Below, one piece after another: positions 1 to 11,783 of a stretch of 64,000 bases of DNA. The notes under the pieces were generated by a model. The model saw only the letters and a program-made list of their open reading frames with translations. It searched no databases and had not been told where the DNA came from. Made by a program: the position numbers and the translations under genes. This stretch comes from Sphaerodactylus townsendi (lineage: Eukaryota). Location: positions 32,612,001 through 32,676,000 of the forward strand of contig NC_059440.1 in assembly GCF_021028975.2 (NCBI RefSeq), written 5' to 3'. The stretch's first letter is position 1. Each line of letters starts with the position of its first letter.

Positions 1-61
1 GTCGACATCATCAAAACTTCCATGAGGATCTGCCCAATCAAGTCTTTAAAATCTGAGAACA
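1..61 (-). CDS. UBE4B: UBE4B coding exon 6 (partial, runs off window edge): (V)FSDFKDLIGQILMEVLMMS(T)
   Basis: Acceptor tcttgacag at 62-70. Phase 1 matches the previous exon. Translation matches vertebrate UBE4B. Confidence 0.95.
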
Positions 62-300
62 CTGTCAAGAAGGGAGGAAAAGCATTAGCATGGCCTTCCT
101 TCGGGGTAACTGCCTCACTGAGGCCCTCGGTGCATTTGGAAGTGGATCTATGAGGCTGTTATCCCAGGATAACTGGTCCAAGCACGTGTTCTGCCTCATG
201 AAGAGCCCACTGCTGAAACATTCCACTCTCACACACCACTCCGGAGCATCATGTAGAGGTTGGGAGGGGAACCCCAGAGGATAGGACAGACAGAGGGAGG

Positions 301-599
301 GAGCAGCAGTGGCGTAGGAGGTTAAGAGCTCATGTATCTAATCTGGAGGAACCAGGTTTGATTCTCCGCTCTGCCGCCTGAGCTGTGGAGGCTTATCTGG
401 GGAATTCAGATTAGCCTGAACGCTCCCACACACGCCAGCTGGGTGATCTTGGGCTAGTCACAGCTTCTCAGAGCTCTCTCAGCCCCAGCTACCTCACAGG
501 GTGTTTGTTGTGAGGGGGGAAGGGCAAGGATATTGTAAGCCCCCTTGAGTCTCCTACAGGAGAGAAAGGGGGGGATATAAATCCAAACTCTTCTTCTTC
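301..599 (+). mobile_element. tRNA-derived squamate SINE (Squam3-like) with (CTT)n tail
   Basis: A/B-box-like head (TGGCGTAGGAGG; GGTTTGATTC), near-identical to the copies at 4085, 39401, 41080 and 47786. Confidence 0.85.
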
Positions 600-604
600 A
601 AGCA

Positions 605-752
605 CAGGGGTCTGCAACCTGCAGCTCTCCAGATGTTCATGGACTACAATTCCCATCAGCCCCTGCAAACATGGCCAATTAGCCATGCTGGCAGGGGCTT
701 ATGGAATTTGTAGTCCATGAACATCTGGAGAGCCGCAGGTCGCAGACCCCTG
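605..752. mobile_element. Fully palindromic hAT MITE (TIR CAGGGGTCTGC)
   Basis: About 148-bp inverted repeat, 8-bp TSD ttcaagca/ttctagca. Confidence 0.85.
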
Positions 753-1548
753 TTCTAGCACTTTCACAGCTCACACAAATCCCCTTCCACCCTTGTATCG
801 ACCAAAAGGGAGCCATGAACGATGGGGAGTTGATGGCAAATCTGACCTGCCCGTCTGCCAAAAGAACAGGATGAAACAGCTTTTCATCTTAAAGGTGTTA
901 AAGCAGTGGGAGTTGATCCAGTCACAGAATTTAGTCAAAGCTGCCCCACTACATACAAACACAGAATGTGATTCCCACTCAGACACCCTCTGTGGATGAC
1001 GAATGCATCTGGGGCTCACTGCCGCTAAGGGAAATCCAGCATTGCCAGATGGATGGAGTTAGCTTGCAGTCACCTCAAGGCAAATCCGCAGGAAAAAAAG
1101 GGGTGGGAAAGCTCATTTTTGTGCAAAAGGGGATGCTACAGGTGGGAAGGGAAGGAGACACATTATAGTCCAATCCTAGAAACTAAACGGGGTTGTTACT
1201 TGGATGGGAGACCACCAAGGAAGGCTCTGCAGAGGAGGCAGTGACAAATCACCTCACTTGCCTTGAACGCCCCTTGGCGGGGTCGCCACAAGTCGATTGC
1301 AACTTTATTTATTTATTACATTTATACCCCCGCCATATCTCCACGACTCAAGGTGGCTTACAATAAACAATCAAGAAATACTACAAATATAAACATTTAA
1401 AACATCATAAATTTCAAAAAATAACAGATACACAGATAGGAATAAAAACAACCCAACACAGGAGCACAAAAAACCAGAATGCACACGCCACATCCGAATG
1501 AGGTCTGGAGATGATGTAAGAAAAAAAGGAGCTCAGGCTGGCCCGATA

Positions 1549-1795
1549 CCGTGTTTCCCCAAAAATGAGACAGTGTCTTATATTAATTTTTGCTCCCAAA
1601 GATGCACTATGTCTTATTTTCAGGGAATTGTCTTATTTTTCTGCTCCACAGCTGCATGCTCTGGTTGATGGGCATGCTTCCAAACAAAAACTTTGCTACG
1701 TCGTACTTTTGGGGGATGCTTTATATTTAGCACTTTAGCAAAACCTCTACCACGTCTTATTTTCCGGGGTATGTCTTATTTTCGGGGAAACAGGG
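1549..1795. mobile_element. Tc1/mariner-type non-autonomous element
   Basis: TIRs CCGTGTTTCCCC...GGGGAAACAGGG flanked by TA, internal GTCTTATTTT repeats. Sits within an L2-like 3' fragment. Confidence 0.7.
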
Positions 1796-3006
1796 TAGAG
1801 AAGGCCCAGCAGAACAGCTCTGTTTCACAGGCCCTGCGGAATTGTGACAGACTCCGCAGGGCCCGGATGTCACCAGGAAGAGGGCTCCACCAGGCCGGGG
1901 CCGCAGAAGCTCTGGCCCATGTCAAAGCCAGCCAAACAGTCCTGGGGCCCAGAACCACCAGTAAATTCCTCTCCAAGGAATGGAGGGATCTCCAAGGGTA
2001 ATATGGGGAGAGGCGGTCACACAGATAACACTTGCTTATGTACAGGTGGAAGAAGCCCTAGCCATGTGGTAGACCATTTGTATAAAGGGTCACGATTAGT
2101 CCCAGGAGAAAAAATCCCCTGTAGCAGAGTTTAACATGACCCCCTCCCTGAGATATGGGAGGACCACTAACAAGAAGACACAGGCCTGGCTTCAACAAAG
2201 CCATATATCTGCAGATGGCAAAAATTATAATACTTTCACTCAGCCTATAGTCAACATCCCCAATCCTTCATTAATCTTATGGCTGAGGCTGAGATTAAGC
2301 TTGGGAGAGCCACTCTTATCCCACCTTGGTCTCGGGTCCTTTTCCCTCCTAATGACTCCAAACCAGCTGATTGTTCAAGGATTTATTGTAAAAGTTCAAA
2401 ACAAAGAAATAAAATATAAATGCAGTAAGAGATTGCTCAACTGGTTACATTCCTTTTGGTTCTTTGTCCCCATTCCGGGAACCCATGGCCCAGAGATGCT
2501 TCTCTGACCACGTCTCAACATGGAATTCAAAACCTTTTGTTTTCCCCTTCTCAGGAAAACTCTGTTCAGGCCACGAGGTAACTTAGGCCTTTGAAGTTTC
2601 ATCCTGGCACCTTTGTATGGCTTCCTGTCCTCTCTTCAGGAGACCAAAAGGCAAAGATGCTTTTCACAGTTATATGTGACTTCCCTTTACTGTAGCGATA
2701 GCATCTTCCATGACAAATCTTTATTATGGTGATGCTTACAATAGACTATACACAGCAGTATGGAACACAGGCTCATTTATCCAAGCAAGGCTGTACAGAG
2801 AACCCTATTACTTGCGTAGAAAAGTCACTTGAATAATTCAGCTTTGCAGTTTGCAGAAGGCCAGGAGAGCACGAATGTTCCCAGCCTCCTCGGGCAGCCA
2901 TCCCATGAATAAAACAATTGTTAAAACCATATAAACACTAAAAAAATGCATTAAAAGTCACAACTTATCCTTAAAAAGAAAGGGAAATGATGCCTGTGTT
3001 ACTTAC

Positions 3007-3151
3007 CCTCTTTGGGGTTCTGTTTAAATTGCTCAGAAAGTGAAGTTAGAAAGATGACGTCCCTGTCGCGGTCCTTCCAAGAGACCCTGAAGATCTTGCA
3101 GACCAACTGTAAGGCTTGCTCTTCTGATATTTCAGATCCTGACGGGGGCTC
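3007..3151 (-). CDS. UBE4B: UBE4B coding exon 5: [48 protein letters not shown]
   Basis: 145 nt, AG acceptor and GTAAGT donor, phase 0 to 1, recognisable UBE4B sequence. Confidence 0.96.
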
Positions 3152-3329
3152 CTTAACCACAGAAAAAAAGAAATATCAGGCATTCCTTTGAATTACCGAG
3201 GTCGTTCAAGAGCAGCTAACCCTCTCTTGCATAATTTTAAAATACGTTACTAAGCAACCCTCCAGACCCTTGCCCAATGGATATTTGTGAAAACTGGGAA
3301 TTTTAGCCAGGCTACAAGCTAGAAATTCA

Positions 3330-3524
<195 letters not shown>

Positions 3525-4084
3525 TCATTAAACTCCAGACACTCTGAGCAGGCTCGCTTATAGAAACTGCTGACCAAAGGGACAGCTGCAGTCATTGAAA
3601 GAAAAGACTGTAAGGAAATATTTGTTGCTATTTAGGGGGGTTTTTTGGAAAGGATTTTGTTAAATTGTGTTAACACCTGTAAGCCTACTTTGTTCCAATC
3701 TTGTTAGTAAGGCCTTTGAAAGCCTGCTGTTCCCTTCCCTTGTTTCTTACAGCTGGAAATGCTAACTAGTTGCCAATTTGGATTGGTTTGTTCAGCTTTC
3801 AGGGATGACTAAGATCACCAAAAAAAACCAACCTCTTTCTTAAAAGCAACTGTTCTTAAAATTTTGAGTTTACAAAGAGAGAAAGGCATCCAAACTCTAG
3901 TTCACAGGTGTCAAACTCATGGCCCTCCAGATGTTACACCTATGTAAGACTAAGAACAGCCAATTCTTGTAAAGGCTGCCAACCTAACTATCTGAAGGCC
4001 AGTTTAATCCATTATCAGTAGTCATGCTTATTCACACATTCTGGTTAAAACCGGGGGGGGGGGGGGGGGGCGGCAGGGGGGAAC

Positions 4085-4377
4085 AGAAGAAGAGTTTGGA
4101 TTTATATCCCCCCCTTTCTCTCCTGTAGGAGATTCAAAGGGGTTTACAATCTCCTTTCCCTCCCCACCCTCAAAACAAACACCCTGTAAGGTGGGTGGAG
4201 CTGAGAGAGCTCCGAGAAGCTGTGACTAGCCCAAGGTCACCCAGCTGGCGTGTGTGGGAGTGCACAGGCTAATCTAAATTCCCCAGATAAGCCTCCACAG
4301 CTCAGGCGGCAGAGCGGGGAATCAAACCCGGTTCCTCCAGATTAGATACACGAGCTCTTAACCTCCTACGCCACTGC
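4085..4377 (-). mobile_element. Squam3-like SINE
   Basis: Reverse-complement copy of 301-599. Confidence 0.85.
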
Positions 4378-4428
4378 ATTAACAGCATTAGAAGCACTCC
4401 ATAGAAACCCAGGCGCAACTCCCCTTAC

Positions 4429-4564
4429 CTTTTCTCACAGGAGACGCTGTCGATATCCATGCTCTGCGATCGCGAGAGGGACTGCGACTGGGTTTCAAGG
4501 CTGTTTGACGGAGAGCTGCTGAGCGAACTCACCCCTTCGCTGCTCTGGCTTCGGTGGGCCACGC
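4429..4564 (-). CDS. UBE4B: UBE4B coding exon 3: (G)[44 protein letters not shown]
   Basis: 136 nt inside ORF 4425..4619, ctccag acceptor and GTAAGG donor. Confidence 0.96.
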
Positions 4565-5477
4565 CTGGAGAGGAGACACCAAAAATGTAAGAGAAGTCCA
4601 GCCTGAAGATTAGCAACACATCTTTCCATAGGAGCTTCCCACGAGCCGCAGCTCACTTCAGATACGTGATGGGGAAGACCGTGCTGGGAACTCTTTCCTG
4701 CAAGTAAGATTGCTTGCGAGGCAGGAGTTGAGGCAGAGCTGTTCAAGCAGCCCATTGGCTGCCTTTTGGCAAACAAAAAAAGTCATTATAAAATACAATA
4801 CTGAAAGGTCAACTAAGGTATCTTAACCTACATATGAAACGTATGTCAAAGTAGCAGCAAAGCACATTCCCAAATTAAATTTAATTAAATTTACATGCAC
4901 ACACAGATACTCAAACCAGATCTGAACAAGGACCTGGCATTTATCACTCACTACAGCTGCTATTATCTTGCACACCGTGTCCTTTAGGGATGTTAGCAGG
5001 CTCAACTATGCACTGCAACTACCTATTGTACCATCTTATCTTGTTCTATCCTGCACTAATCCTACTCTGCCTAACAGTTGGGAGTGGCAAACACACTCTC
5101 TGAGTAAACTGATTACTCTTGATTGGATCTTCCTTTAAACAGACCTCTGGGTAGCATCTCTTTCCCACCTATGTTGTGCATACAAATGAATTATCCTAAT
5201 GGATAATTCATTGCATCCTCAATACATCTGATGAAGTGTGATCTGACACACGAAAACTTTCGCTGAAATTCGTTCACCTCTAATGCGCCTCTGGACTCCG
5301 GTTCCATTTTTCAGAACCAGGGATACCACATTTGCATCCAGCCCTCCATGCATTTGAACTGCATTGCTGAAGGAGAGTTTTATGGATTCTGTAGACCACC
5401 AAAAAATAAACGTGGATTCTAGATCAAGCCAAACCGGAACTCTACCTAAGAGCTAAAATTATTAACCAGAGCCTATC

Positions 5478-5706
5478 ATACTTTGGGGCATAATGAGTCA
5501 CAGGAAGAGTCTCACAGGAAAAGCGATAATGCCAGGAAAAGGTGAAGGCAGCAGGGAAAGAAGAAGACCCAACATGAAATGGACTGACTGACTAAAGAAG
5601 TCACAGCCTGCAGTTTGCAAGACTTGAGCAAGGTTATTAATGATAGGGCTTTCAGAGGCCATTAATGAATAAGGTCACCATAATTTGGAAGCAACTTGAT
5701 GGCATT

Positions 5707-5742
<36 letters not shown>
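5478..5742 (+). mobile_element. RTE/BovB-like LINE 3' fragment followed by (CT)n(CA)n microsatellite
   Basis: GGAAAAGGTGAAGGCAGCAGGGAAAGAAGAAGACC resembles the RTE ORF C-terminus (GKxEGxRxRGR-like). Confidence 0.55.
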
Positions 5743-5795
5743 AACTTTTCTTCAAAGCAGCTCAAGCCAGTATGAGAGGGTCCTCATGTCTCTCT

Positions 5796-5936
5796 GGCTC
5801 CTTCCGCACATGCAGAATAATGCACTTTCAAACTGCTTTCAGTGCTCTTTGAAGCTGTGCGGAATAGCAAAATCCACTTGCAAACAGTTGTGAAAGTGGT
5901 TTGAAAACGCATTATTTTGCGTGTGCGGAAGGGGCC
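5796..5936. mobile_element. MITE with imperfect long TIRs (PIF/Harbinger-like), copy 1
   Basis: GGCTCCTTCCGCACATGCAGAATAATGC...GCATTATTTTGCGTGTGCGGAAGGGGCC, flanked by tct on both sides. Confidence 0.7.
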
Positions 5937-6295
5937 TCTGTCTTTCCCAGGACACTACAATGTATTTTAGACAAAGACTTCTTAAGAGCCGCCCAACAAA
6001 CCCCGTTACTGGGTAGCAACATGAACCTGCCTCTTCCTGGTTGACGTTCAACGCTTTATGTCTCTAAAGCACCCTGGCGCTCTTGACAGCAGTGGCCAAA
6101 CCTGTTTCATTTCCAAGACTGCTGCCAAACGGGGCTGGAGAAGGACACATCTGGATACGCCTAAGAAGGAAGGATTCCAAGGAGGGTTTTCCAAAGAGGC
6201 TGCGCTCTCTCTCTTTGCACCAAAACAGAAGAAGACTCAACTCTCATCTGGCTCCAAGGGGATTTCTGCAAACTACGGAGTCTTTGTCTATCCTA

Positions 6296-6438
6296 GGCTC
6301 ATTCCGCTCATGCAGAATAATGCACTTTCAAACTGCTTTCAGTGCTCTTTGAAGCTGTGCGGAATAGCAAAATCCACTTGCAAACAGTTGTGAAAGTGAT
6401 TTTGAAAATGCATTATTTTGCGTGTGCGGAAGGAGGCC
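6296..6438. mobile_element. Same MITE, copy 2
   Basis: Near-identical to 5796-5936. Confidence 0.7.
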
Positions 6439-7424
6439 TAAGCACACATGGAAACTAATGGCAAATGACCAACCGCCAGAACAGATGCTGCCTCCCAGTT
6501 TCTCTCTCTTTTTAAAAAAAATGTATTTGTTTAAAGTTCTGATTTGCCTTTTGACCATGCCTCAAGGTGGCTCACAATGTAAATTAAACAATTAGAAAAC
6601 ATTACCTAAAAAGTCCACAACTAAAAACACCAGTTGGGACTGGCAACAAATTAAAAACCAAATTAGTCAAATGCAGTCACAAATAAAACTTTCTTTAACC
6701 GCCTCTTGAAGATGGAAGTGAGGGGGTCAGTCGCACTTCACTGGAGCGGGAGTTCCATATGATGGGGCTGCCCCCCAAAAGATCTTCATGCCAAAAATAA
6801 AGTATTATTTAGCTCTGGGAAGGCAGAATACAACCCTCAGTTGATCCTCAAATTAATTCTGTGCTAAACTGAAGGGTCACAATTTTTTAAAAAAGGACTC
6901 TCCCCTTCCCATATCCAGGTATGAACAACAAAGTACACACCTGGAATCCAGGTCAGCAAAGCTGCTTCAAGCAGGGGGGGAAAGCACAGTGTTTTTACTG
7001 TTATATTGCCTCTCAATCATAAGGTCAATGTGCAAAAATTAACCACAGTTCAGCCAACTGTTGCCTAAGACAACCACAGGAAGTTAAGGAAGGAGAAAGC
7101 AGAAGAAACTAGGGATATACAAAGACCTATTCTTAGCAATGTCTCCCATTGTACAGACAACTGGGACACAGAATTAAGGGCAGAGCTACAGAGAAGATTA
7201 CGCTTGATTCTCACTGGTAGAAATGTCCAGAAGTGGAGAGAAAATTCAGCTGGCCCCACTCACCCACCCAGTGTAAACTTACAAAGAGCCTACTCCCAGG
7301 GGTGATCACTGCCACCACGCTCGCATCCCCAGGGAGAGAATGTTTGCAGCAGGAGATGGGGTGGGGTGGGCACCTGACCCCACATAACACAGCTTTGGGT
7401 GTCTAACAGTGGGAGCTTCAATTC

Positions 7425-8033
7425 TTGAAAGCTTATACCCTGAAACCCCCTCTATACTATACACAGAAATATATCACTGCCCCTGCTCCTTATTTAACTT
7501 ATCTGGATGACAAAGATCTAAGGAGAGCTTTTACTCTTGCAAGAAGTGCACATTTACCTTCTGCTGTCTTAGAAGGGAAATATCAAAATATACCTTATGC
7601 TGCAAGGTTATGTTCTTGCTCTCTGAATTCTGTAGAAACTATAGAGCATATGTTATTAAAGTCTCCCCTTTATGAGGAGGCAAGGAAAAATGCCTGTCAC
7701 ATCTACTACACAAGATGACATATTGTTCTGATAAAGTTTATTGTGAAAAACTATTACAAGATAAGGAGAATATTACTAAATGGGTAGCAAAATTCTGTCT
7801 ATTCATTATGAAAAAGAAAAAACGATCTGAATATGGCATCCCCCTTAGATACTTTTGTTTTGTCTAGTATTTTTATGCTGTTTGGTGTGTTTACAATGTA
7901 TAATGATATATAGATGGATAGTGCTGGAATACGGGAGAGAGATCTGTATTCCTGTTTTATTGTAGATATTTTTACTAAATTGGAGATTTGTAATATATTT
8001 GGTCATTGACTGTAAATAAAGTCTTCTTCTTCT
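7425..8033 (+). mobile_element. Non-LTR retrotransposon 3' fragment (ORF2 C-terminal CCHC zinc knuckle, RTE-X-like)
   Basis: RRAFTLAR...LPSAVLEGKY...RLCSC...VETIEHMLL..PLYEEAR, then an AT-rich 3' UTR, AATAAA and (TTC)n tail. Confidence 0.7.
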
Positions 8034-8282
8034 ACCCTGAAATTGTAGTTAGTCTGTAAAGTGCTACTGGACTTGTTTGGTCTTCTGATGCAAACCAATA
8101 AGGCTACCCTCTGGGTTACACTCCAGGAATCTCCCCTCCAATACCTGTGAATTTTGCCATAGAGATCGGAGGGGAAGGGTTCCTAGAGTGTCGTCCAGAA
8201 GTGACACCACTTTTGGGACAGATGCACCCTTCCCCAGAAGCTATTAGGTGGTTGTCAGCAGAGGGTTTTGGTCCATCTAGCA

Positions 8283-8421
8283 CAAGGGTCTGCAACCTGC
8301 GGCTCTCCAGATGTTCATAGACTACAATTTCCATCACCCCCTGCCAGCATGGCCATTTGGCAGGGGCTGATGGGATTTGTGGTCCATGAACATCTGGAGA
8401 GCCGCAGGTTGCAGACCCCTG
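8283..8421. mobile_element. Palindromic hAT MITE (same family as 605-752)
   Basis: TSD atctagca/atctagta. Confidence 0.85.
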
Positions 8422-8646
8422 ATCTAGTACAACAGACTGACAGCAGTTCTGCAGGGTCACAGTCACAGACCAGCCTTTTCCAGAATATGAGAGATCCTTA
8501 TAAATGAAGATGTCGGGGGCTCCAACTTGGAATATTCTGCACCCAAAGCCCATGGTCTCTGACACCAAGCCAGGCAGCTCCTCCAGGGCACTTGGTGTAC
8601 TTCCTTGAAATATTTAAAGGATGAAAATGACTCAACCGTGGCTTAC

Positions 8647-8833
8647 CTGATGCGCCAATTGGAGAGGTAGCAGGGGTCATGCTGTGAACATTTAGCCCAA
8701 GGCTGTGGGATGCTCCAGGGGATGGTGCTGCTACAGGTGGTCCTGGCGGATTCTCTCTCTGAGGAGAAGTAAGCGGTGTGGTGGGCTGGGATGATGGCCC
8801 GCCAGCAAGCCGAGCAAGGCGCCTTCGACGGAT
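8647..8833 (-). CDS. UBE4B: UBE4B coding exon 2: [62 protein letters not shown]
   Basis: 187 nt inside ORF 8498..8854, ccacag acceptor and GTAAGC donor. IRRRRLARL is the UBE4B/Ufd2 N-terminal motif. Confidence 0.97.
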
Positions 8834-10864
8834 CTGTGGCAAAGGCATGCGCAACAGGGTTAATAAGCTTTTCTGAGCCTTAAGCTTCCAGGATCCTGAC
8901 CAGGAGAGAAAGGGGGGCTAGGAGCAGAATTCAAACACATACGAGAGACAAATTCACATAAGGTGAGTCTTACCAATTACCACAAGCCACACTGACAGAA
9001 AGGGACCTCCTGTTTGGATGCAGTTAACCTCTGAAATTAAGTGCTAGGAGGCAACACCAGGGGATGGCCTTGGACACTACGTCCTGTTGTTGGCCCTCCA
9101 GGAGAGCTGGTTGGCCACTGAGTGAGAAAGGACGCTGGACTAGATGGACCACTGGTCTGAGCCAGCAGGGCTCCTCTTACGTTCTTGAAGTGTAGTCAAC
9201 AACCACCGCAAGTTAGTTAAAGTGTCCACTTCCTATATGAGTCAGGACTTCTGGCTGGAAGAAAGAACTCACTAAGTTCAAAATAGTAGAACTGAAATGC
9301 AGATCAGGGAGTCCAAACAAAAGAAGGAATGCTGGATCAGTCCAAAGTTCTATCTCCTCATCAATCTGTTTTTCACAGGGGTCAGACAGACACCCCTGCA
9401 GAACTTATAAGCAGGGCACACGTAGTTTCCATCTTGCCTTCACAATGAATAGGCTATTCTCCATGAATACATCTCGTCCCCTCTAAGAACGTGTCAAGAC
9501 CCCTTTTGGACCATACTAGTAGCCCAGCTACCCTGGCATCCTGTCTCACACAGTGGCCAACCAATTCCCCTGGAGATCCAAGCACACGGCAGAGAGGTCG
9601 AAGCCTTCCCGATGTGGCCTCCTTTAAAATCACCCAAGTCAGAAGTCATCGTCTTATCTTGGGGCAATGAGTTCCAAAAATCAATTATGAATTGTGTGAA
9701 GCGGCACTTATTTTTGTCTACACTGGATTCACTTCCCATCAACTTCACTGGGTGACCAATAAGTTCTACCACTGTAAGAGACGGAAGGGAGAGAGGAGGC
9801 CTCTCTACTGAGCATGGATAGGGAAGGGCGGCCTAGAAGTTGAATAAAATAAACAAAACTGTACAAAACTGTGTAGTATGGACAAAATCATTTCCTCCTC
9901 TACTCTGTTAAAACTAAAAAGATCTCCCATCTCAAAAGGATATTGTAGAGTTGGAAAGAGTGCAGAAGAGGGCACTCAAAGCACACTTTTCAGATCTTTC
10001 CCCATGGGAAAGGTTCCCAAACCCCTTGCTCAGTGAGTGCATTTTTCTGCATCTTTTCTGGCTCTGCAATGCCTTCTCCAGGCTTATTCCTTACACAAAG
10101 TTCAACATGTCTGTTCAAGACTGATACGCCAGGAATTTAAAATATATTCCTTCCCTCCGCGCCAGTTTGGAATGGCTGAAAACGGAGCACTGTGAGGATT
10201 TCCCTCCTTAAAGGATGTGTTTCTGTTCTATTAGCTCAGCCGACTGCTTAATGTTCTAGCAGTTTATCACCTGGGCTCCTCTCAAGAGATTACCAAAGAG
10301 CATTTTCACAGAAACTGATACAGAACATGTGCAAAACACGGGTGGTGATCATTCCCCTGACCAGATGGAACACTATAATTAGAAGTGGTGCAAGTCCCCC
10401 CCACCCCATAGCCTTAAGCAACAAGGTCAACCCCACCCACTTTCTGGCTCTCTTGAGAGTACCTTCTTGGAAGTGCTTTTCTGCATCTTTACCAGATCCA
10501 TTAAGAACTGTTTTTTTACAAGACTGATTGTGAAAGGGTAACAGATTTCAAGGAAGTCTACCTCCCTCCTAAAAGCACAGCACAAATCCATGTTATCTGC
10601 TACCAGACACTCATGCAACTCCAAAATTCATTACATACATGTGTTTTCGGACTCATACATGCCTGCAATATTAGTTTTTTGAACGATGCAAAAGGACCAA
10701 TAATAATGATCTTTCAGTCACTTGGAAAAGATAAGAGCTTTGTTTACACAGCACTGATGCTACTGAATAAGGCTGTCTTCCTAGCAACAATATGGAAGGA
10801 GGCACGAACCTGCCCACACTGGTAGCAGCTACATCAGCTGAAAGCACTTCTACACTGTAATGTC

Positions 10865-11168
10865 TGAAGGGCATTAGATTCAGGACAAGACAAAAGGAAA
10901 TACTTCTTTACAGAGTGAGCACTTAAAGTGTAGAATTCATGGCAGAGGACATAGCAATGGCTACGGGCATAAGATGACTTTAAAGGGGGGTTGGACAGGT
11001 TCATGGAGGAGAGGTCTATCAGCATGTGACTAGAGGGATCCTCTATGTTCAGAAAGTGACAACCTCTGAAAACCAGCGCCAGGAAGCAACGTCAGGGGCA
11101 GGCCTCGGACTCTATGCCTTGGTTAGCCATTATGTGAGACGGGATTCTGGACTAGATGGACCACTTCT
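10865..11168 (+). mobile_element. CR1-type LINE 3' fragment
   Basis: AGGAAATACTTCTTTACAGAGTGAG...GGACTAGATGGACC, related to fragments near 9000-9190 and 9550-9990. Confidence 0.6.
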
Positions 11169-11323
11169 TAAATCACATTTCAGATTTCTGCTGTCTCTCT
11201 CATCCTTAAAAGGGCACTATGCTAGAGGGATGCACTGGCTGAAGAAAATGGGCTGTACATCAGAAAGTTGCTGGCTCGGATCTCATCCTTGCCATGAAGC
11301 AAATAGTTGACCTCAAACTAGTC

Positions 11324-11783
11324 CAGGGGTCTGCCGTGCTGGCAGGGGCTGATGGGATTTGTAGTCCATGAACATCTGGAGAGCCGCAGGATGCAGACCC
11401 CTGAACTAGCCACTCTGCCTCACCCTTATTCGCAATATGACCGTGCTGGCAGGGGCTGACAGGATTTGTAGTCCATGAACATGTGGAGAGCCGCAGGATG
11501 CAGACCCCTGAACTAGCCACTCTGCCTCACCACTGGAGCACCCTTATTCACAATATGGCTGTGCTGGCAGGGGCTGATGGGATTTGTAGTCCATGAACAT
11601 CTGGAGAGTCGCAGGATGCAGACCCCTGAACTAGCCACTCTGCCTCACCCTTATTCGCAATATGGCCGTGCTGGCAGGGGCTGATGGGATTTGTAGTCCA
11701 TGAACATCTGGAGAGCCGCAGGATGCAGACCCCTGAACTAGCCACTCTGCCTCACCACTGGAACACCCTTATTCGAAATATGA
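11324..11783. repeat. Tandem array of four MITE-half plus flank units (107/118/107/118 bp)
   Basis: Units begin at 11334, 11441, 11559 and 11666. Confidence 0.9.

Noticed and set aside
301-375. tRNA gene
   Set aside because: The A/B boxes belong to a SINE head, there is no cloverleaf, and it continues into the SINE body.
11324-11783. CRISPR-like repeat-spacer appearance
   Set aside because: Eukaryotic context, the spacers are not unique, and the units derive from a MITE.
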